IMG/VR virus record: IMGVR_UViG_3300037011_000606
Span: 1-64,000 of that record
DNA length: 64,000 nt
Origin: a virus
Strand: one strand, 5' to 3'
Made by a program: the position numbers and the translations under genes
Part shown: piece by piece, positions 7,944 to 16,505 of the stretch
Position numbering within the stretch: the stretch's first letter is position 1
Layout of the letters: each line of letters begins with the position of its first letter
Notes under the pieces: model-generated
Databases searched by the model: none
What the model saw: only the letters and a program-made list of their open reading frames with translations
Told to the model about the DNA's origin: nothing

Positions 7944-8312
7944 ATGCAGAAGTGTCCCATTTGTAAGGGGGAGATAATTCTCTTCTTCGAGAGGGGTTTG
8001 GATGTTGATACCTTCAAAGTGGGAGTATCGGAGAAGGATGATAGTGAGGTTAATTCGTTGATTAAGGCTCTATTTTCTTATATCAACTGGTTGAATAATG
8101 GGAAGAAACCTTATGGTCCTGGCAAAGATGAACAGATGTATCATGACCAGTATCATAATGATATTGATCATGTGCAGGGTGTCCATTATACGTTTAATAT
8201 AAGGGTGTATGATTCGCCATCATTGGATATTTGGTGGAAGGGAGAGTTCAACTTAAATGGAGCAACGATTGAGATCACCGTGAGCGGATATAAGAGAGTG
8301 TCGAGCTCATGA
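7944..8312 (+). CDS. hypothetical protein
   Basis: coupled ORF with GGAGG RBS. Confidence 0.6.
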   Translation: MQKCPICKGEIILFFERGLDVDTFKVGVSEKDDSEVNSLIKALFSYINWLNNGKKPYGPGKDEQMYHDQYHNDIDHVQGVHYTFNIRVYDSPSLDIWWKGEFNLNGATIEITVSGYKRVSSS

Positions 8313-8506
8313 AGATATTTGCTGGATTACACAGGACTGGTTGGTGGGTGGTATTTGATAGAGATACCGGAATGTTGCTAGGGAAGTATTTGTCGCCGGA
8401 GGAGTTGTTAGATAGGTGGGGAGGGGTGGAGGGAGCGGATTTATCATTGGTAGAGAATGTTATTAGCGAAGAGGTAGTGTTCACTAATCTTAAGAAGGAG
8501 GAGTAG
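8309..8506 (+). CDS. hypothetical protein
   Basis: ATGA overlap. Confidence 0.55.
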   Translation: MKIFAGLHRTGWWVVFDRDTGMLLGKYLSPEELLDRWGGVEGADLSLVENVISEEVVFTNLKKEE

Positions 8507-8507
8507 T

Positions 8508-8897
8508 ATGTTAAGTGAGATTAAGGCTATTAGGATATGTAGAGATCTTTGGAAATGGTTGGCGGCTCATCCGAATATAACTAATAAGTCTAGCTGGCCC
8601 GGTTGGGATAAGTATGATGGTGGATATAACGCTTTTATGCATTTGTGCCCGCTATGTGAATATACTAAAAGGAATTGCTCTAAGTGTCCATTGTTACCTC
8701 TTTGGGGAAAGAGTTCATTCGATTTTGGAGTTAAGTGTGAAGCAAACCTTAAATCTCCTTGGAATCAATGGAGGGAGTCTCTAAATAAAGAGGGTAGAAA
8801 AGCAGCTGCAACTAAGATATGGAAGTATGCTGATAAGTTGTTAAAACGGAGGAAGAAATATGGTCGTAGAAGAGTTACAAAGAAAGTATCCCAATAA
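8508..8897 (+). CDS. Cys-rich hypothetical protein
   Basis: CPLCEY...CSKCPL; GGAGGAG RBS. Confidence 0.6.
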   Translation: MLSEIKAIRICRDLWKWLAAHPNITNKSSWPGWDKYDGGYNAFMHLCPLCEYTKRNCSKCPLLPLWGKSSFDFGVKCEANLKSPWNQWRESLNKEGRKAAATKIWKYADKLLKRRKKYGRRRVTKKVSQ

Positions 8898-9027
8898 GTA
8901 TATCGCAATTATCAACGATGATAGAGTAGTAGAAGTTGGCGATACTTATAATGAGGTATTGAATAAGTTAATGAAGTCTGGAATTTCATTAGCGGCGATA
9001 ACTATAAGGTTCATGAGGGTGAAGTAA
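8860..9027 (+). CDS. DUF5678-like small protein (not in ORF track)
   Basis: ELQRKYPNKYIAIINDDRVVEVGDTYNEV; GGAGG RBS. Confidence 0.55.
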   Translation: MVVEELQRKYPNKYIAIINDDRVVEVGDTYNEVLNKLMKSGISLAAITIRFMRVK

Positions 9028-9270
9028 ATGGTCGATATAAAAGTGCCTATAGTGTTATGTAATTCGCCTAATACAGCTATGATACTTGGAGCTGTTCTTA
9101 GTGGTGGGGATGTAGTAGAGCTAGCTAAAGCTTTAGCAAAAGAGGCGAAGTAAATGACCTGGTGGGATATATCATTAGGGATGTTTGTAGGGTTGTTTAT
9201 GTATAGCTGCGTTGTAGTATTAGCTAAATTTATCTGGGCATTGATGACAGTTGATTAGTGGAGGAGTGTT

Positions 9271-10518
9271 ATGTCATATCCAGAACCGATACAATTCGAA
9301 TCTCAGGAAAATCTCTATAAGCAAGCGAAGTTCTTCTATGATGAGTATGAGAAGGAGAAGAAAAGGAATGCTGAGATGGTTATACAGAATAAGAATGATA
9401 GGTGTTTATTGGTCAATGAGCTCGCCGATCTTAAGAAGAAGTTCATAGAACAGCATAATACTCTAAAAGTGGAATCAGAAAGAGAAAGGCAGGAGTTAGA
9501 GACGAAGATTGCTGCCGTGGAGCACGCGTGTAATTGCTTCAAAACGGATTTGCGACAAACGGAGCAGGATGCTCGAGAGCGCATCGCCGAGCTTGAAGAT
9601 GCTAAAAGGGTTGCTGAACAGGAGAGAAGAGAATGGGATAACCAGCAGCGTGTAATTCTCAAGTTGAAAGAGTATATTATGAGGGAGCACAACTGTTATA
9701 TGGCTAGTATAAACAATCCCAGCCAATGTCTAAGTTGTAATCATCAAACATGTCCACTAGCTGTTGTTTATAAGCCCTCTGGTGACGAGAAAGGCAGCGA
9801 TTTGCAGTCAGCTGTGCCTAACGAGGGTGGCGTTGAACACCCTTCACCTGCCCTCGAAACATCAAAGGAGCCCTCTGATGACGGGAAATTGGGTGCGAAT
9901 AGTACGCAGGGAGAACCTGCGGCAGTTGCTTCCTCGGAGTCTAGTGTAAGCTCTGAGGTTCAGACCTCATTAAACACCCACCTGAAATCATCAGAGGGTA
10001 AGTATGGGACGGTTTATGGATTAACGCCGATGAACCACAAAGTAGAAAAGATGTATGTGTGTAGAAGTGCGAAGCTCTGCCCTAATATAGAATGCCATCA
10101 CTACACAGAACATCCGCAAAATGAGTTGTGTAAGGAAGTGTGTGGTCAATGTGGTAGTAGTGTAAAGTGTATAAAAGTTAAATATTGTACCTGTGAATCA
10201 TCTCCACCGGGAGTTTTGCTTAGAGATGGCACTTGTGGAGGTTGCGGAGGGATTGTTAATCAGCCAGAGAGTCTACACAACGTCTGTAGGCATTGTGGTA
10301 GTGTCATAATGCCAGTTGTGAAGAAGACTTATAATAACGCTTGTAAATGTGTTATTGTATATACGAATAGTGCAGAAGATTCTCGCTTGAGTAGTTTAGA
10401 GAAAAAGGGAAAGGAGTTTGCTCTCCCATTCATAAAAGATTTGTTCGAGGATGGGAGGGATTGGATACCTGACGCTGATTGTAAGTTTTGTAATGGTACA
10501 GGATTTGTGGAGAAGTAG
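9271..10518 (+). CDS. coiled-coil plus multi-Zn-finger protein
   Basis: N-terminal coiled coil, Ser-rich linker, many CxxC/CxxH clusters. Confidence 0.65.
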   Translation: MSYPEPIQFESQENLYKQAKFFYDEYEKEKKRNAEMVIQNKNDRCLLVNELADLKKKFIEQHNTLKVESERERQELETKIAAVEHACNCFKTDLRQTEQDARERIAELEDAKRVAEQERREWDNQQRVILKLKEYIMREHNCYMASINNPSQCLSCNHQTCPLAVVYKPSGDEKGSDLQSAVPNEGGVEHPSPALETSKEPSDDGKLGANSTQGEPAAVASSESSVSSEVQTSLNTHLKSSEGKYGTVYGLTPMNHKVEKMYVCRSAKLCPNIECHHYTEHPQNELCKEVCGQCGSSVKCIKVKYCTCESSPPGVLLRDGTCGGCGGIVNQPESLHNVCRHCGSVIMPVVKKTYNNACKCVIVYTNSAEDSRLSSLEKKGKEFALPFIKDLFEDGRDWIPDADCKFCNGTGFVEK

Positions 10519-10641
10519 TTATGGAAGTGATTATATGACAGATAGACATAAGCTATATATCCTATATGCATCGTTAGCTGGAGCTGTTGTATGGGGATTA
10601 GGCGCTACGATATTTCTATACTTACATGAGCTGGGATTAAT

Positions 10642-11136
10642 ATGAATGATGAACTAAAGGCCTTTCTTAGGAAGGTTAATCAAGCGGATATATCTATTAG
10701 GCCCTGTATGTTTGTACAACATTTCAATATGCAGAGATTAGATGACCATACAAGAATGTTCATGACTACTAGTAATGTGGTTATACCTGGTGAGTCTACC
10801 TATGAGTGTACGAAGTGTGGGTATTGCTGCTCGAATGAACATATTAAATTGCCCAAAGAATTTGTAAGAGATGATGGTAAAGGGTGTAAGCACCTAGTAA
10901 ATAATCTATGTAGTATAGATGATGCTAAAAGCCATATATGTAAACAATTTCCTTTCAGGGTGTTGAAATTTCGAACTAAGGATAGCGTACTGAAGTTGTT
11001 ATGTATAAGTGTACATTGTAGAGGGCAGGTTATTGGTGGTCCGATCATTGATGACATAAACTATGAGAAATTGTTAGAGATATGCTCAAGAGCTCCTGAA
11101 GATATAGTACAGACGAGGAATTTCAATGAAGTGTAG
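10642..11136 (+). CDS. YkgJ/CxxCxxCC family cysteine-cluster protein
   Basis: CTKCGYCC...CKHL..NLCSI...ICKQFPF. Confidence 0.75.
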   Translation: MNDELKAFLRKVNQADISIRPCMFVQHFNMQRLDDHTRMFMTTSNVVIPGESTYECTKCGYCCSNEHIKLPKEFVRDDGKGCKHLVNNLCSIDDAKSHICKQFPFRVLKFRTKDSVLKLLCISVHCRGQVIGGPIIDDINYEKLLEICSRAPEDIVQTRNFNEV

Positions 11137-11506
11137 ATTTTGTGGGTTTAGAATGTGGCCCTGGCAACACAGAGTAGATGTTAGTGGAAGTCCGGTACAT
11201 CGCAGTTGTTACTCGACCTCTATGCATGTACTCTATGTGGGGTATAATGCTCTAATATCTCATGACAAGATAATATTCACTAAGAATTTGTTAGCTAAGT
11301 CTTGGAATACAGGTCAATGGCTATTAGACGATTGGCAAAGAGGACAGTTAAAAGTTGATAAGGATATAAGAATGGAAGAGGTGATACCTGATGCATTACG
11401 AGTTGGTAAGGGAAGAGGGAGAGATACCGAAACACAGATTGGTATTGACGATGAGCCAGAAAGATTGGAAGAAGATATCGAGAGATGGAAAGAGGATCAC
11501 TATTGA
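11126..11506 (+). CDS. hypothetical protein
   Basis: CRFC...HRSC; overlapping coupling. Confidence 0.55.
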   Translation: MKCRFCGFRMWPWQHRVDVSGSPVHRSCYSTSMHVLYVGYNALISHDKIIFTKNLLAKSWNTGQWLLDDWQRGQLKVDKDIRMEEVIPDALRVGKGRGRDTETQIGIDDEPERLEEDIERWKEDHY

Positions 11507-11556
11507 CATGAAAACGATCACTGATCATATAGTCGATAATTTGGTGGAGGTGACTG

Positions 11557-11979
11557 TTGTTGCCAGAAGAGGAGAAGAGCGAATCGTCCCTCATTCCAAA
11601 GAGGCGTTGGCCGACAGGCAGCGAGCTAAGAGAGCAGAAGCTGCGAGAGCAAAAGGAGATGCCCTACCTGATGGAGAGAGAGAGAAAGGAGAAGGAGCTG
11701 GAGAAGAAGCATCGAGCTCTGGGAGAAGCATCCCAGAGAAGGCGCCACCAAGTGGAGAAGGAGATAAGGGAAGTGAGATCGGGGGAGAGGCCAAAGCCAA
11801 CGATAATTGAATCTTGTACCTATTACCATGGAGAATGTCATTTCGTAAGGAATGATCCAGGTGAGTGTAATGGCATTTGTCCCAATTGGAAGACGTGGAA
11901 TAGAGTGTTTGCTATAATGATCGGATATAAAGGCGATATGCCAATGGATTGGTTTGATCTAAGGAAGTTGATGAAATGA
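11557..11979 (+). CDS. coiled-coil/Cys-rich hypothetical protein
   Basis: GGAGGTGA RBS before TTG; ATGA overlap with next gene. Confidence 0.55.
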   Translation: MLPEEEKSESSLIPKRRWPTGSELREQKLREQKEMPYLMERERKEKELEKKHRALGEASQRRRHQVEKEIREVRSGERPKPTIIESCTYYHGECHFVRNDPGECNGICPNWKTWNRVFAIMIGYKGDMPMDWFDLRKLMK

Positions 11980-12170
11980 AAGATAGGTTATTCGAAGTTA
12001 TATGTCAATCAGGGTATAGGAGATTGATATGGGGGGTTAGTCCACAAGAAGCTCTAGAGCAAATGAGGCTTCATAGAAGGGAGAAGAGCTATAATGTATT
12101 TGAGGTGGATCTAAATCCGCACAATCAGGATACATTTGCCAAGTCAATATTGGTGTTGCAGGGGGCTTAA
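11976..12170 (+). CDS. hypothetical protein
   Basis: coupled ORF. Confidence 0.5.
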   Translation: MKDRLFEVICQSGYRRLIWGVSPQEALEQMRLHRREKSYNVFEVDLNPHNQDTFAKSILVLQGA

Positions 12171-12172
12171 TT

Positions 12173-12436
12173 ATGAAGAAACCCGAAGTGAAATTTACGA
12201 TAATGGGAACGCGAAGAACTTTCGAGAAACTTACCGACAATATTTGGAGAGAGACTGTTGAATCTTACTATAATAATCCTGGTGAGAGATTCTATGTAAA
12301 GAAGATGTGGCCTGATGGCAAATATTGGTTTTTAGAAGCTGGTTGCAGGATGGAAGCAATTAGACTTCTAGGTAAGAGGCAATTAAATGTGTTGAAGAGA
12401 GCTATGAGAGGATGTACCAGTTGTAGGTGTGGATGA
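12173..12436 (+). CDS. hypothetical protein
   Basis: coupled ORF. Confidence 0.5.
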   Translation: MKKPEVKFTIMGTRRTFEKLTDNIWRETVESYYNNPGERFYVKKMWPDGKYWFLEAGCRMEAIRLLGKRQLNVLKRAMRGCTSCRCG

Positions 12437-12524
12437 TTAAAATGTCTTGGAAAGAGGACGTATACTGGTCACTATTCGGATGGATTTGCTTCTGGGTAGG
12501 ATTATTCATAGGTGTGTGGTTATA

Positions 12525-12938
12525 ATGACCGATGAAGAAGTAGAACGATTGTGGAAGTGGATAGACCGCCCACTACCCGATGAGTTCTTCACAGAGAGGA
12601 TACCTGAAGGGGAACATCAGAAGAGGATAGATGAGATACCCGTGGAGTATAGAGAGTTAGCACAAACCATCTATGAGTTAGCTGTTTGGCACCGTAAGAT
12701 AGGAAGAGATAGCAAAGCTCCTGGAAGTTGCCAAGAATTCAGGCAACTACTCTTCATCGCTGTGAAGAAGTTAGAAGAGAAGGGGTTTAAGGTAATCTTA
12801 CCTAGTTATTGGTACACAGATGGCGTGATGATAGAACCCGAGTGGATAGTTCGACTTACAAATGGTATGGTAAAATGGGTTTGTGACTCTAGTAAACATG
12901 ACTGTGGATTGTGGGGGGAGTGCAGGTTTAGCAAATGA
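12525..12938 (+). CDS. hypothetical protein
   Basis: ATG start chosen within ORF 12447-12938. Confidence 0.55.
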   Translation: MTDEEVERLWKWIDRPLPDEFFTERIPEGEHQKRIDEIPVEYRELAQTIYELAVWHRKIGRDSKAPGSCQEFRQLLFIAVKKLEEKGFKVILPSYWYTDGVMIEPEWIVRLTNGMVKWVCDSSKHDCGLWGECRFSK

Positions 12939-13067
12939 GATTCAGAGATAGTGAAGAGAGAGTAGTAGACGATAACCTTAAGAGTGATTTACATTGGTGT
13001 AAATATGGCGGGTTGTATGGGTTTGTATTGGGGATAATAGCTGGAATTTACTTAGGGATGTTAATAA

Positions 13068-13346
13068 GTGGGTGATTTTATGAAACCAGAAAATACTTTC
13101 GAATATAAAGTGGAAGAGATTGTAGGTGATGAACTTGTTCAAAAGAGTAGAATGGATAGGGAGATAGGCGATCGTTGTGAGATTTGCCACGAGTTCGTGG
13201 GCGATCAGGATGCTGTGGTGTTAGAGTGTCCTGAAGATTTTGCCAATACTCATATACATAATGATAGGGTTAACTTGGTTAAGGTATGGCATAGAACATG
13301 TTTCGAGAGGGAGTATAAGATAACGTTACCTGTATTTAGGGTGTGA
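13068..13346 (+). CDS. hypothetical Zn-binding protein
   Basis: CEIC...HRTC; true start may be ATG 13080. Confidence 0.55.
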   Translation: MGDFMKPENTFEYKVEEIVGDELVQKSRMDREIGDRCEICHEFVGDQDAVVLECPEDFANTHIHNDRVNLVKVWHRTCFEREYKITLPVFRV

Positions 13347-13350
13347 TTAT

Positions 13351-13854
13351 ATGGATAAGTCTATGGAAAATGCTTGGAATGAACATGATAAGAACTCGAT
13401 TAATTTTGGCTGTGAGAAAGAGAAGGATTATAATGAGAGTTTGGGACATTCGCATTATAATGAGGCTTGCAAGAGAAGGGTATTTATCTACGCAAGAGAC
13501 CATAGAGTAGAATCTAAGAGGGTGACTATAGACTTACCAATAATACCTAAGAAGATACCTTGTACTCATTGCAAGAAGAGATTCCTTCAAGATGAGCTTA
13601 ATAAGGTTATTGATCGGGTAGAAGGTCCGCTGAATAGAACCTTCGAATACTACCTTTGTGAAAAGTGCTCGGAAAAGAAGCTAAAGGGAAACTACCACAA
13701 GGTTATTCCTCAAGCACAAGCACCCGAGTCCGCGGACGCCCACCCTTCACCGGAGTGTCATTCACAAACTGAATCCGCCCCTGGCGCTGAAGATTCAAAA
13801 TCACCTCAGAAGACTGTTGATAAGTCATCCCAAGATCCGTCAGCCTCCTCTTAA
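13351..13854 (+). CDS. Zn-finger hypothetical protein (3' end overlaps the convergent MCM gene)
   Basis: CTHC...CEKC. Confidence 0.55.
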   Translation: MDKSMENAWNEHDKNSINFGCEKEKDYNESLGHSHYNEACKRRVFIYARDHRVESKRVTIDLPIIPKKIPCTHCKKRFLQDELNKVIDRVEGPLNRTFEYYLCEKCSEKKLKGNYHKVIPQAQAPESADAHPSPECHSQTESAPGAEDSKSPQKTVDKSSQDPSASS

Positions 13855-14866
13855 TATCGCTAACACCCGCTCCGTTCATCTCCTTGACAATCTGGTAGAC
13901 CTGCGAGGTATCTGCGCCTTTCTTAATCTCGCCTCTCCAATCATTGGCTATCTTATACAGTCCGCGGAGCTCTTCGGTCATTCTAACATGAAGGTTGCCA
14001 TCGGCTGTCGCACCATTACACTTCGATATGGTATAACCAATAGCCATCCTCTCATATAATACCTCTTCAAAATGTGGAACATTTAACTCGTCCAAAGTCT
14101 TAAAAACATCCTCGCTGAAGGTGATATTTTGAATCTTCCCACAGTTACTAACAATTTCTTCAACATCCCGCCTAACCTTATCCAAAAGAGTCAAATCGGG
14201 TTTCAGACTCTTGGCTTTCCTTCTCATCTCACGAATGAGTTCCTCTTCTTTATACGAGGGTATAAACCATATATAAATGAACCTCCTACCCAGACCACTC
14301 GTGAGGTTAAATCTCATAGGCTGACTACCGGTGAACAGAGTCAACTGCGTTATATATTGTATCTTGCCCAACGCCAACCTCTTAGTCAGATAACCTGTAT
14401 CCAAAGCGGTCAGCATCGAATTATCAAGATTTACACTATGTTCCTGTCGCATGCTATTGGTCAAAGCGGCAAATTCATCGACGCCCATAATACCCAATCT
14501 ACTATCGAAAGCGGCCCCTTTAACCTCGATCGGATCACCATTAACCACTTTCACAGTTCCAGTGAAGGCTGCTTCAGTCATGCTCCCTTCAAACCCACAA
14601 TTTATCAACTGCGAACATCCAACAATAGAAGTGTTCCCTCGGAGAAACTTCTCAAGATACAACGTCTTAGTGAATCCTGGTGGTGCGCACATGAAAACAT
14701 GCGTTCTGAGATTAGCTACCTTTCCATGCTCAAAATAAAACTCCCTCTTCTGATTCTCCAGATTAACAACATGGTTACACACCCCCATGATATAATAGGG
14801 TGCGAACTTCTCGGCAAGGGCAACGTAACAGTTGCTCAGGTGATTAAGAGCATCCTCAAAAAACAC
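13703..14866 (-). CDS. MCM-like AAA+ helicase lacking the N-terminal domain, with C-terminal wHTH
   Basis: Walker A APPGFTKT; TEAAFTG/VKGA; Walker B GVDEF; LTALDTG; GRRF arginine finger. Confidence 0.75.
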   Translation of the reverse strand: MFFEDALNHLSNCYVALAEKFAPYYIMGVCNHVVNLENQKREFYFEHGKVANLRTHVFMCAPPGFTKTLYLEKFLRGNTSIVGCSQLINCGFEGSMTEAAFTGTVKVVNGDPIEVKGAAFDSRLGIMGVDEFAALTNSMRQEHSVNLDNSMLTALDTGYLTKRLALGKIQYITQLTLFTGSQPMRFNLTSGLGRRFIYIWFIPSYKEEELIREMRRKAKSLKPDLTLLDKVRRDVEEIVSNCGKIQNITFSEDVFKTLDELNVPHFEEVLYERMAIGYTISKCNGATADGNLHVRMTEELRGLYKIANDWRGEIKKGADTSQVYQIVKEMNGAGVSDIKRRLTDLGMTYQQSSEVILNLQRQGRIQFVNDTPVKGGRPRTRVLVLEE

Positions 14867-15553
14867 TTAAATCCCCTTGTGAAAGAGCTGGAATACCAAT
14901 GCGGAAGTCTCAGGTCCCAAAACAGTCTGCAATTGCGTGAGCTCTGCCATAGCAACACCTTTCAAACTGCCAAAGGTAGTCATCAGCAACTTAGCCTTCT
15001 CCAAAGAGACTCCTGGTACATGACTTCTCAAAACCTTCATTGGATCGAACATCTCATACTTAGGTTCCAAATTTCTCTCCTCCCCCCACTTGCCCTCTGC
15101 GATCTTAACACATATTCTATAAGCCATCTCCACCAGAGCGTTATCATTGGGGAACCACATCACATTCAACCTATCCCGGACAATCATCGATGCCAAGGAA
15201 CCATAAATGACTGGCTTGTGCAAAGTCATATTCATATATTGAAGTTTCGCCTCATGATCCTCAAGACTACCACTAATGAACAAGAAACAAATCTGATGAT
15301 TGTGCTTCAACTTGGGAATCTGGTCAAATATCCTTTTGCTCGAAATACTCTGTACCAAATCCGCGACTGCCTTCCTCTCAATACCAACGACATCTTGCAT
15401 TACATCTCCAACCTTCCTCAAAACAAAGTCAGCATTGAGAGCATCAACCTCATGATCAATACCCTTTCGCTTAACAAGTTCCTTCATCTTACTCTTCTCT
15501 CTACTATCCAACATAAACTTATAGCCCTTAGGCATCGGTGTTATATCCGCCAA
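14867..15553 (-). CDS. XPF/ERCC4 structure-specific nuclease with (HhH)2
   Basis: DSRE...ADF...IERKAVADLVQSI...RIFDQ; VPGVS...FGSL HhH. Confidence 0.88.
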   Translation of the reverse strand: MADITPMPKGYKFMLDSREKSKMKELVKRKGIDHEVDALNADFVLRKVGDVMQDVVGIERKAVADLVQSISSKRIFDQIPKLKHNHQICFLFISGSLEDHEAKLQYMNMTLHKPVIYGSLASMIVRDRLNVMWFPNDNALVEMAYRICVKIAEGKWGEERNLEPKYEMFDPMKVLRSHVPGVSLEKAKLLMTTFGSLKGVAMAELTQLQTVLGPETSALVFQLFHKGI

Positions 15554-16050
15554 GTTTGCACAACTCCAAAGTTATATACTCTCTGCTTAACCATCCTATA
15601 TCCGAATTTCCTAATCTCCTTATCATATAACATTGACAATAAACCAACATCATCGGATGTATATGCTTTTCTCGGTCTAGCTAACTCTTTCTTAGGAACA
15701 AAAAGCAATATCTCCTTAGGCTTGAAAATAACCGAATTCCACCACCCACAAATTCTTCCATACCACTTCGTCTTAAATTTCTCATCCCAAAATCTAGCAT
15801 ACACAGCTCCAGCTAAGAAACACCTGTCCATTATAACATTATCCTTACTTCTCCTAGCCTTACTACTATTCCAACATCTCTCCATTCCCATTACAAACTC
15901 CGCGAAGAGACCACCGATAAACGTTTCTCTAACACTCCATCTCCTAGAGAAGGGAATCATATGAATATACCTATACTTCGGCCCGCTATGCTCAGCCCAA
16001 TAGGTCTTCCCAGAGCCATCGGGTCCATCAATGCAGAGAATGGTTCTCAT
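15541..16050 (-). CDS. thymidylate/dNMP kinase-like P-loop protein
   Basis: IDGPDGSGKT; VIMDRCFLAGAVY; probable leaderless ATG at 16050. Confidence 0.75.
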   Translation of the reverse strand: MRTILCIDGPDGSGKTYWAEHSGPKYRYIHMIPFSRRWSVRETFIGGLFAEFVMGMERCWNSSKARRSKDNVIMDRCFLAGAVYARFWDEKFKTKWYGRICGWWNSVIFKPKEILLFVPKKELARPRKAYTSDDVGLLSMLYDKEIRKFGYRMVKQRVYNFGVVQTWRI

Positions 16051-16055
16051 CGCAC

Positions 16056-16092
16056 TATATATAGGTTTCCTATATATATATACTTTTGTGAC
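16056..16092 (-). promoter_or_regulatory. leftward promoter (GTCA-N6-TATATATA) overlapping a 10-bp inverted repeat
   Basis: minus strand gagagtca caaaag tatatata; IR tatatatagg-ttt-cctatatata 16056-16078. Confidence 0.65.
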
Positions 16093-16168
16093 TCTCTTTC
16101 TATGCACATGATAGTTATCCCTGACTCTATAAATGGACTACTGACAATCATGAAGAGGAGACCCGACA

Positions 16169-16200
16169 GTCAGGTAACTATATATAGTAATAACCCGATA
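16169..16200 (+). promoter_or_regulatory. rightward promoter (GTCA-N6-TATATATA-N9-CGATA)
   Basis: gtca ggtaac tatatata gtaataacc cgata. Confidence 0.7.
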
Positions 16201-16238
16201 CTAAATATAATCCCAAAGACACAAAATCAGAAGGAGGT

Positions 16239-16493
16239 GTGAATATGGGAATGGAACCGACGCCGGAGAGACCTCCACCTGATGGCTTCGTACGAGAGAT
16301 TTTTGACTCGTCGATAGCTCAAAATACCCAAATAACCGTGAAGAAAGAGATAAGGGATAGATTAGGAATAATGAAAGGAGACATTCTATTTGTGCAGATA
16401 TTAAAGGTATTGTCTCCTGAGGGAGAAACAAAGTATCAGTGGAGGGGAGAAAAGCCCTCCAAGGAAGACACTCCGGCAAGTGAAGAAGAGTAA
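16239..16493 (+). CDS. AbrB/MazE/SpoVT swapped-hairpin DNA-binding protein
   Basis: QITVKKEIRDRLGIMKGDILFVQI. Confidence 0.8.
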   Translation: MNMGMEPTPERPPPDGFVREIFDSSIAQNTQITVKKEIRDRLGIMKGDILFVQILKVLSPEGETKYQWRGEKPSKEDTPASEEE

Positions 16494-16505
16494 GGAGGAT
16501 ATAAG

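Noticed and set aside
11391-11810. Alternative-frame ORF overlapping 11126 and 11557
   Set aside because: The 11557 frame has the better RBS and stop/start coupling; the low-complexity G/E/A product probably reflects purine-rich sequence, although dual coding from ATG 11508 is not excluded.
14129-15964. 611-aa + strand ORF antisense to the MCM/XPF/kinase genes
   Set aside because: Leu/Ser/His/Ile-rich with no motifs or RBS; a typical shadow of purine-rich genes that have clear motifs on the other strand.
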